64,000 bases of DNA, from positions 35,650,001 to 35,714,000 of the forward strand of contig OZ024754.1 in NCBI GenBank assembly GCA_964016885.1. The letters are read 5' to 3'. The stretch comes from Eledone cirrhosa (lineage: Eukaryota). Numbering within the stretch: the stretch's first letter is position 1; every line of letters starts with the position of its first letter. The translations under genes were made by a program, and so were the position numbers. The notes beneath the pieces are model-generated. The model saw nothing but the letters and a program-made list of their open reading frames with translations. It was not told the DNA's origin and did not search any database. Below are positions 54,786-64,000 of the stretch, piece by piece.

Positions 54786-55408
54786 GTGTGTGTGTGTGTA
54801 TGTATGTGACACCTACATATGTGTGTCTGTGTATGTATGTGTGTGTGTGTGTATGTATGTGTCTGTGTGTATGTATGTGTGTGTGTGTATGTGTGTGTGT
54901 GTTTGAGTGTGTGTGTATGTATGTGTGTGTGTATGTATGTGTCTGTGTGTATGTATGTGTGTGTATGTATGTGTGTGTGTATGTATGTGTCTGTGTGTAT
55001 GTATGTGTGTATGTGTGTGTGTGTTTGAGTGTGTGTGTATGTATGTGTGTGTGTGTGTATGTATGTGTGTGTGTATGTGTGTGTGTCTTTGAGTGTGTGT
55101 GTGTGTATGTATGTGTGTGTGTATGTGTGTGTGTGTGTTTGAGTATGTGTGTATGTGTGTGTGTGTGTTTGAGTGTGTGTGTATGTGCTTCAGCGATTTC
55201 CATCTCCCAAATTTCATTCACAAAGCAAGGGTCGAACCGAGATGATGGAAGACATTGGCCCAAGGTGCCACGTGGGTCTGAAACAAGACCCACGTGGCAG
55301 ATAAGGGCAACAGTAGTAGTAGTAGTAGTAGTAGTAGTAGCAGCAGCAGTAATAGTAGCAGCAGCAACAGTAGCAGCAGTAGTAGTAGTAGTAGTAGTAG
55401 CAGTAGCC

Positions 55409-55447
<39 letters not shown>

Positions 55448-55717
55448 TAGGATATTTGGCCGGCACCCAAACTGTATTGCTGTCAGCACGACAGCATTAT
55501 CACCATGGAGACCGGGTGGCTTCACTGTTTCCAAGTATAATGTTGTAGTTGTTGTTGTTGTTGCGGTTGTTGTTGTTGTTGTAGACTGTAGTGTTCACAC
55601 ACACACATACATACAGACATTCACACACACACACATTGACACACGCGCACACACATTAAAATAATAGTCAAACATTAACTGAATGTGTGTAAATTTTATT
55701 TTCTGAGTGCATTGTAA

Positions 55718-55750
<33 letters not shown>

Positions 55751-55753
<3 letters not shown>

Positions 55754-55970
55754 CGGAGGAAATGTGGTAAGGAACCAGATGGACCATAACGCACCAAAGT
55801 ACTCAATACTTAGGGTAGTAGAGTGGGTAATAGGAACGGGTAGGACCCCGACGGCTGAGCTCAAGCCGTTTCGACGGCTAATTCTGGACTAATTCTGGAC
55901 TGATTTATTAGTCCAGAATTAGCCGTCGAAACGGCTTGAGCTCAGCCGTCGGGGTCCTACTCGTTCCTAT
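55751..55970 (-). mobile_element. Family H copy in (TA)n
   Basis: Tail plus palindrome; the loop has a duplicated CTAATTCTGGA. Confidence 0.9.
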
Positions 55971-55978
55971 ATATATAT

Positions 55979-56165
55979 AAATTATTAAAAAAATAATGAA
56001 TAAACAAAGAAACAGTTCCTTATATTAAAAAAATTTTTCATTATTTTACGATCGTTTCTTGGATATATATGTGTTAGAGTTGGTATGCATATTCTATAGA
56101 TCTATGTACAATATTTATACAAACTATCAGAGGGAATATACATACCTACACATATATATGCTGTC

Positions 56166-56210
<45 letters not shown>

Positions 56211-56393
56211 TATTAAAAAAATAATGAATAAACAAAGAAACAGTTCCTTATATTAAAAAAAATGTTCATTATTTTACGATCGTTTCTTGGATATATATGT
56301 GTTAGAGTTGGTATGCATATTCTATAGATCTATGTACAATATTTATACAAACTATCAGAGGGAATATACATACCTACACATATATATGCTGTC

Positions 56394-56442
<49 letters not shown>

Positions 56443-56626
56443 TATTAAAAAAATAATGAATAAACAAAGAAACAGTTCCTTATATTAAAAAAAATGTTCA
56501 TTATTTTACGATCGTTTCTAGGATATATATGTGTTAGAGTTGGTATGCATATTCTATAGATCTATGTACAATATTTATACAAACTATCAGAGGGAATATA
56601 CATACCTACACATATATATGCTGTCT

Positions 56627-56630
<4 letters not shown>
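55979..56630. repeat. Three tandem units of about 230 bp, each ending in (TA)n
   Basis: AATTATTAAAAAAATAATGAATAAACAAAG at about 55980, 56208 and 56440. Confidence 0.92.
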
Positions 56631-56661
<31 letters not shown>

Positions 56662-56797
56662 CATAATCGGAGCGAGCTAATAGCGATTCTCCGGTCAAAT
56701 TCCAACTCACTCAACAAACATTAGGAAATACCTGAGTATATTCCCAATTAAACGTTTGGGGTCTAACTATATTGTATTGTGTGGATAATTGGCTGTA

Positions 56798-56978
56798 TTT
56801 GGCAGTATCGGTAGAGGGTTGGACGCCATGTTTTCTAGCATAGTTACGTCCCTTTACAGTCTGAGTTCAAATCCCGCCGAGGTTAACTTTGCCTTTCATC
56901 CTTACGGGGTCGATAAAATAAAGTACCAGTAATGTACTGGGTAATTGCTGACCTTGTGCCTAAAGTAGAAACAATTAT
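56798..56978 (+). mobile_element. SINE A
   Basis: Matches the family consensus. Confidence 0.88.
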
Positions 56979-57022
56979 TTCATATGAGATATATCAAATA
57001 TATCATATATATATATATATAT

Positions 57023-57078
57023 ATAGGAAAATGTTTAACCCCAACGGCAGAGCTCAAGCCGTTTCGACGGCTATTTCT
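57023..57078 (+). mobile_element. Family H isolated arm
   Basis: ATAGGAAAATGTTTAACCCCAACGGCAGAGCTCAAGCCGTTTCGACGGCTATTTCTG. Confidence 0.75.
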
Positions 57079-57117
57079 GCACTCTCTATATATTTATAGA
57101 CATACTGTATATATATA

Positions 57118-58474
57118 TGGTAGTGGTAGTGATAGTGGTGTTAGTGGTAGTGGTAGTAGTCGTGGTAGTGTTGTGGTAGTGGTGTTAGTGGTAGTGGTAG
57201 TAGTTGTGGTAGTGGTGTTAGTGGTAGTGGTAGTAGTTGTGGTAGTGTTGTTGTGGTAGTGGTGTTAGTGGTGGTGGTAGTAGTTGTGGTAGTGTTGTGG
57301 TAGTGGTGTTAGTGGTAGTGGTAGTAGTTGAGGTAGTGGTGTTAGTGGTAGTGGTAGTAGTCGTGGTAGTGTTGTGGTAGTGGTGTTAGTGGTAGTGGTA
57401 GTAGTTGTGGTAGTGGTGTTAGTGGTAGTGGTAGTAGTTGTGGTAGTGTTGTGGTAGTGGTGTTAGTGGTAGTGGTAGTAGTTGAGGTAGTGGTGTTAGT
57501 GGTAGTGGTGTTAGTGGTAGTGGTAGTAGTTGAGGTAGTGGTGTTAGTGGTAGTGGTGTTAGTGGTAGTGGTAGTAGTCGTGGTAGTGTTGTGGTAGTGG
57601 TGTTAGTGGTAGTGGTAGTAGTTGTGGTAGTGGTGTTAGTGGTAGTGGTAGTAGTTGTGGTAGTGTTGTGGTAGTGGTGTTAGTGGTGGTGGTAGTAGTT
57701 GTGGTAGTGTTGTTGTGATAGTGGTGTTAGTGGTGGTGGTAGTAGTTGTGGTAGTGTTGTGGTAGAGGTGTTAGTGGTAGTGGTGTTAGTGGTAGTGGTA
57801 GTAGTTGTGGTAGTGTTGTAGTAGTGGTATTAGTGGTAGTAGTTGTGGTAGTGTTGTTGTGGTAGTGGTGGTGGTAGTGTTGTTGTGGTAGTGGTGTTAG
57901 TGGTAGTGGTAGTATTTAAAACTATTTAAAACTAGATTATCAAATTCAACTCATTGTTTTATAAATCGGCCATAAATTGTTACAGCTAGATACAGCTAAA
58001 CCTTATCAGCAATGCTGCTAATACTACACTCACTCTTTTGGATAGGCATTCGGGCCCTCACTTCTGCATTTGATGCTAATGGGTACATTAAATCTTTCAG
58101 GTTAATAAACTCGCTGTGTTAGTAGCAGAACTTAGGCTAGAAACTATCTGTTCATGTAGACAACCCGTTTTCTCGATTTTTAAAATAACTGCAGCCAGTA
58201 CTACAGAAGATGTACCACTGCTTAAAACCAACCTCAACACTATTACACCATTTCATCACCCAACACACAACCATCAATACCATTGCACCATTGACACCAT
58301 TACACAACCATCAGCACTAGTATACCAGCATCAATACTATTTTGTACCGCCACCAAAAAAAATTACACCACCCAAAACACAAACAACCCCATCACCCTCA
58401 CCACACCCCCATCATCGACACCACTACATCACCACCACCACCACCACTAGCACTGTACGTATGTGTGTGTGTGT

Positions 58475-58516
<42 letters not shown>

Positions 58517-60200
58517 GCCAGTGTGTACGTGTGTACGTGTGTGTGTGTATGTGTGAGTATGTGTGTGTATATATGTATGTACCTTCATGCAGTTATTGCT
58601 GTTATTTCTAGCTGTCAGATCGGCCATGAAGTGGCCACCACTTCATGGCTGGTTGTTGTGCTGGTGGAGAAGGTTGGGCGAGGGTTAAAGCGACGTCGAC
58701 ATTGTCAATGAAGCTATTGACGTCATCAAGGTTGCTATTCACGTTGATGATGGTGGTGATGGTGGTGGTGTTGGTGGTGGTGGTGGTGATGGTGGTGTTG
58801 GTGGTGATGGTGGTGTTGGTGGTGGTGGTGGTGGTGGTGATGGCAGTGTTGGTGGTGATGGTGGTGTTGGTGGTGGTGGTGATGGCAGTGTTGGTGGTGG
58901 TGGTGATGGTGGTGATGGTGGTGTTGGTGGTGGTGGTGATGGTGGCAGTGTTGGTGGTGGTGGTGGTGATGGTGGTGTTGGTGGTGATGGTGATGGCAGT
59001 GTTGGTGGTGGTGGTGGTGATGGTGGTGTTGGTGGTGGTGGTGGTGGTGGTGATGGCAGTGTTGGTGGTGGTGGTGATGGTGGTGATGGTGGTGGTGGTG
59101 GTGGTGGTGATGGTGGCAGTGTTGGTGGTGGTGGTGGTGATGGTGGTGTTGGTGGTGATGGTGGTGTTGGTGGTGGTGGTGATGGCAGTGTTGCTGGTGG
59201 TGGTGATGGTGGTGATGGTGGTGTTGGTGGTGGTGGTGATGGCAGTGTTGGTGATGGTGGTGGTGATGGTGGTGGTGGTGGTGGTGGTGGTGATGGCAGT
59301 GTTGGTGGTGGTGGTGGTGTTGGTGGTGGTGATGGCAGTGTTGGTGATGGTGGTGGTGGTGGTGGTGATGGCAGTGTTGGTGGTGGTGGTGATGGTGGTG
59401 GTGATGGTGGTGTTGGTGGTGGTGGTGATGGCAGTGTTGGTGGTGGTGGTGGTGGTGATGGTGGTGATGGCAGTGTTGTTGTTGTTGTTGTTGTTGGTGG
59501 TGGTGGTGATGGCAGTGTTGGTGATGGCAGTGTTGGTGGTGGTGGTGATGGCAGTGTTGGTGGTGAGGGTGGTGGTGGTGATGGCAGTGTTGGTGATGTT
59601 GGTGATGGTGGTGGTGGTGATGGCAGTGTTGGTGGTGGTGGTGATGGTGGTGGTGATGGCAGTGTTGGTGGTGATGGTGGTGTTGGTGGTGGTGGTGGTG
59701 GTGGTGATGGCAGTGTTGGTGGTGGTGGTGGTGGTGGTGGTGGTGGTGGTGATGGCAGTGTTGGTGGTGGTGGTAGTGATTGCAGTGTTGGTGGTGATGG
59801 TGGTGATGGCAGTGTTGTTGTTGTTGTTGGTGTTGGTGGTGGTGATGGCAGTGTTGGTGATGGCAGTGTTGGTGATGGCAGTGTTGGTGGTGGTGGTGAT
59901 GGTGGTGGTGGTGATGGCAGTGTTAGTGGTGGAGGTGGTGGTTGTGATGGCAGTGTTGGTGGTGAGGGTGGTGTTGGTGGTGGTGGTGATGGCAGTGTTG
60001 GTGGTGGTGGTGATGGTGGTGGTGATGGCAGTGTTGGTGGTATTGGTGATGGTAGTGTTGGTGATGGCAGTGTTGGTGGTGGTGATGAGGGGGATGTTGC
60101 TGATATTGGCATTATTGATGAGAATATATTGTTGTAGGTGGCAGCCGTGGTGGTGGTGTTGGTGGTGGTGGTGGTGGTGGTGGTGGTGGTGGTGGTAGTT
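57118..60200. repeat. G/T-rich degenerate satellites (57118-57912 GGTAGT-type; 58748-60085 GGT/GATGGCAGTGTT)
   Basis: Low complexity; source of the poly-Val and PPPT ORFs. Confidence 0.88.
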
Positions 60201-60279
60201 GTAGTGTCATGCTGTCGTTATTGTTGAGAGCAGTATTGTTATTATATTACAACAACATAGAGTTATGGCCCTTTTCGTT

Positions 60280-60728
60280 CCAGTCACGCACTGGGGTCGA
60301 TTTAATCAACTTTCTCCTTCCCCAAAATTGCTGGCCTTGTGCCTATATAAGAAACCATTATAGTACAACAGCGTGGAGTTACGACTCTTTTCGTTCTGAG
60401 TTCAAATCCCGCCGAGGTTAACTTTGTCTTTCATCCTTACGGGGTCGATAAAATAAAGTACCAGTAATACACTGGGGAATTGCTGGCCTTGTGCCAAAAG
60501 TAGAAACAATTATATTACAATGGCATCAGTAGAGTGTCGGACAATATGCTTAATGGCATAGGGTTACGCCCCTTTACGATCTGAGTTCAAATCCCACTGG
60601 GGTTAGTTTTGCCTTTCATCCTTACGGGTTCGATAAAATAATGTACCAGTTACGCACTGAGGTCAATTTAATCGACTTTCCCCTCCTCAAAAATTGCTGG
60701 CCTTGTGCCTAAATGAGAAACAATTATA
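60280..60728 (+). mobile_element. Cluster of SINE A copies and fragments
   Basis: Family consensus segments. Confidence 0.82.
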
Positions 60729-60753
60729 ATTTATATATATATATATATATTTG

Positions 60754-60814
<61 letters not shown>

Positions 60815-60926
60815 ATACTTTGGGAGGGTCATGCTGCCAATAAAAGCACACGCACTTGTTGGTTTTCACTTCAATTTATAAGTTTCCGGTTGGTTGGTTC
60901 AATAACCGGAAGGTTGTTTATATATT

Positions 60927-60969
60927 GTCAAAGCTCTTTCGTCACACATTCTGTGACCTCCTCAGTGAC
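60927..60969 (-). ncRNA. Hammerhead-like motif in the family Q element (60810-61045)
   Basis: Minus strand gtc a CTGAGGA g gtcaca-gaatg-tgtgac GAAA gagct TT gac. Confidence 0.62.
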
Positions 60970-61085
60970 TAGGTTTTTATATTTGTGAGACTCTCCTTTG
61001 TTCTGTCCTACACCATCTTGTTTTTGAACACACAAAAACAAGATATGTGTATATATATATATGTATTATATTATATATATCATTA

Positions 61086-61128
<43 letters not shown>

Positions 61129-61457
61129 TATTGATTATACAACGATGGAATTGCAGGGTTTGTGACCTTTTCGTGGTGATATCGGGACTGTGGAGAAGTA
61201 GAAAGGAAGGATGGAAGGCATTCTCAGACCGAAGATATGGTCCGAATGCTTGCAACAGTGGACTCTGCTAAAGACACCCCTAAGACCAGCTGATATTGTT
61301 AAACCGGATGATAGATTAAGTCTACCACTCAGCTAAGCCAGAGCAGGATTTAAACTCGAAACGCAGAGCGTTTGAAAAACAAATCATCAGATGGTCTAAC
61401 ACATTTTTTTTCTTTTCTTTACTTTTTTCGTCTTCTTTTGCCAAAGAAAGAATTAAA

Positions 61458-62128
61458 GTTCTAATAACTGCCATTCTATCTGACGTTCTAATAACTGCCA
61501 TTCTATCTGACGTTCTAATAACTGCCATTCTATCTGGAGTTCTAATAACTGCCATTCTATCCGACGTTCTAATAACTGCCATTCTATCTGGCGTTCTAAT
61601 AACTGCCATTTTATCCGACGTTCTAATAACTGCCATTCTATCCGACGTTCTAATAACTGCCATTCTATCTGACGTTCTAATAACTGCCATTCTATCTGAC
61701 GTTCTAATAACTGCCATTCTATCTGGCGTTCTAATAACTGCCATTCTATCCGACGTTCTAATAACTGCCATTCTATCTGACGTTCTAATAACTGCCATTC
61801 TATCTAACGTTCTAATAACTGCCATTCTATCTGACGTTCTAATAACTGCCATTCTATCTGACGTTCTAATAACTGCCATTCTATCTGACGTTCTAATAAC
61901 TGCCATTCTATCTGACGTTCTAATAACTGCCATTCTATCCGACGTTCTAATAACTGCCATTCTATCTGACGTTCTAATAACTGCCATTCTATCTGACGTT
62001 CTAATAACTGCCATTCTATCCGACGTTCTAATAACTGCCATTCTATCTGACGTTCTAATAACTGCCATTCTATCTGACGTTCTAATGACTGCCATTCTAT
62101 CTGACGTTCTAATAACTCTGCCATTCTA
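61458..62128. repeat. 27-bp minisatellite (GTTCTAATAACTGCCATTCTATCTGAC), about 24 units
   Basis: 27-nt period; source of the MAVIRTSDR ORF. Confidence 0.96.
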
Positions 62129-62291
62129 GACAGTATGGGAACTCTCTAATCTGGAGAGGAGAAGATGATAGTAACGTTGAATAACATAGCAATCATTTCA
62201 GAAATGTTTAAGCACGCGAGAACATACATTCGTTCCATCATCATTATCATCACCAGCATCCCAACTACAGTTTGTGTGCGTGTGTGTATAC

Positions 62292-62358
<67 letters not shown>

Positions 62359-62363
62359 TGTGA

Positions 62364-62434
<71 letters not shown>

Positions 62435-62705
62435 CGCGTGCGTGTTTACGTTTAAACCACTCAAAACCTTGTACAGTTCAACATATAAAGATTTTTTTAG
62501 ATAATTTCTGGGGGGGGGGGGATGATGTAACAAACTACACTCTTGATGATGGTGCCCCAGCATGGCCGCAGTCGAATGACTGATACTAGAAAGAGAGTAA
62601 AAAATAAATTATAATTAATAATTTGAGAACGAAAAATAAAAAAAAATAACACATTAACTGGAATGGAACTCTTCAACTTTCCTGCGCCATTTTACCCTGG
62701 CCATC

Positions 62706-62945
62706 CAGGGGCATGGCCTAGTGGTAAGGGTGTTGGACTTATAATCATGATGTCGTTGGTTCTATTCCTGGACTGGGTTGTGTGTTGTGTTCTTGAGCAG
62801 CTAGAGACTTCATTTCACGTTGCTCCAGTATTCTCAGCTGAAAGTGAGTTCCAGCCATAGCTGGGGATTTATCCCTGCGATAGACTGGCGTCCTGTCCAA
62901 GGGGAGTTATGTACTCTCAGTCACTTAACGCTACGGAAACCCCGA
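62706..62945 (+). mobile_element. tRNA-derived SINE family B
   Basis: A-box TGGCCTAGTGG, B-box GGTTCTATTCC, TGTGTTCTTGAGCA..CATTTCACGTTGCTCCAGT, CCTGCGATAGACTGGCGTCCTGTCCAAGGGG; partial copy at 39045-39145. Confidence 0.75.
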
Positions 62946-63067
62946 TAAATACCAGATTGCTGAGCCGCAGGGATCGAGAAAGACGTTACACATTTTTTAT
63001 CCTAATATAAGTTGACATCGCAAACGCACACGTATACTACATTTATATAGGTGCGCATACACACACA

Positions 63068-63138
<71 letters not shown>

Positions 63139-63140
<2 letters not shown>

Positions 63141-63311
63141 GAAAAAATGGCGTGCTGCGCTGTTGCGAGGTGATATAAATGAATAAAAATAGACCGAGAA
63201 ACGGGGTTGTCCATCATCAGTAGCCTGCTGATTATCATTGCGAAGAAATACCAATGATAATCAGCAGACTACTGATGATGGACAACCCCGTTTCTCTGTC
63301 TATTTTTATTC

Positions 63312-63313
<2 letters not shown>
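63139..63313. mobile_element. Fold-back element with arms of about 62 bp (63179-63240, 63252-63313) in (TA)n
   Basis: ATGAATAAAAATAGAC..ATTATCATTG / CAATGATAAT..GTCTATTTTTATTCAT. Confidence 0.75.
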
Positions 63314-63345
<32 letters not shown>

Positions 63346-63353
<8 letters not shown>

Positions 63354-63538
63354 AGATTCAGGACCCCGACGGCTGAGCTCCGGCCATTTCCACAGCTAGA
63401 TCCGAAGTAAAGCGCCAGTATTCGAGCGGGGTAGCTCAGCCATCGGGGTCCTGAATCTTTTCATATTACCCACTCTACTACCTCAAGTATCGAGTACTCT
63501 GGAGGGTTATGGTCCACCTGGTATTTTACCTCGTCCCA

Positions 63539-63542
<4 letters not shown>
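63346..63542 (+). mobile_element. Family H divergent copy
   Basis: ATATGAAAAGATTCAGGACCCCGA..TCGGGGTCCTGAATCTTTTCATAT plus tail and (TA)n. Confidence 0.85.
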
Positions 63543-63587
<45 letters not shown>

Positions 63588-63591
<4 letters not shown>

Positions 63592-63778
63592 TGTTTCTAC
63601 TTTAGGCACAAGGCCAGCAATTACCCAGTACATTACTGGTACTTTAGTTTATCGATCCCGTAAGGATGAAAGGCAAAGTTAACCTCGGCGGGATTTGAAC
63701 TCAGACTGTAAAGGGACGGTAACTATGCTAGAAAGCATGGCGTCCAACCCTCTACCGATACTGCCAATTCACCGCCCT

Positions 63779-63782
<4 letters not shown>
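63588..63782 (-). mobile_element. SINE A full-length in (AAT)n
   Basis: Reverse complement of the consensus, flanked by AAT repeats. Confidence 0.9.
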
Positions 63783-63832
<50 letters not shown>

Positions 63833-64000
63833 TATATGGCATGATTATCGATTTGCATATATCCCTGTATTGGTTGGTTTTGTTAGTTTTCAGAAAACGT
63901 GAAAGAGTTTGTAGGCCCCACTGAACGCCTTTCGTGACACGACCCTCAAACTTTCGTGAACGCTTCTGGCTGGAGTGAGAGAGAGAGAGAGAGAGAGAGA

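Noticed and set aside
55266-55299. 14-bp hairpin TGCCACGTGGGTCT-GAAACA-AGACCCACGTGGCA
   Set aside because: Appears to lie in a degraded SINE-like fragment; isolated, with no further structure
46628-60198. Poly-Thr/Val/Leu/Gly and PPPT mucin-like ORFs
   Set aside because: Trinucleotide microsatellite translations
63252-63313. CTGATGA in the fold-back arm as a hammerhead
   Set aside because: No GAAA and stem III at a suitable distance on the same strand

Overview
Animal genomic DNA, AT-rich and saturated with microsatellites; the SINE and microsatellite content suggests an octopus-like cephalopod, which is my inference. There is no complete host gene. The window holds one candidate 171-nt exon and a decayed histone H4 that may be split by an intron. 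It also holds fragments of a Penelope-like element (PLE) reverse transcriptase and of RTE, CR1-group, CRE-like and R4/Dong-like LINEs, many tRNA-derived SINEs, several mariner/pogo MITEs, several satellites, and a duplication across an assembly gap. Most long ORFs in the track are microsatellite artefacts. The main signal is a dense set of small non-coding elements inserted in (TA)n. About 17-20 minimal type I hammerhead ribozyme (HHR) motifs from several unrelated families are visible, one with a compensatory U3-A8 core. Several families share one layout: a fold-back inverted repeat with a variable turning point, a sense HHR, an RCTC-loop-GAGY stem-loop tail of about 80 nt, then (TA)n. Other (TA)n-flanked inserts are non-integer tandem multimers of 525-615-nt units, one of them delimited by two HHRs. 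Together these suggest a PLE-driven, TA-targeted retrozyme-like system. All structures were read by eye, coordinates may be off by a few nt, and no folding or database search was run.
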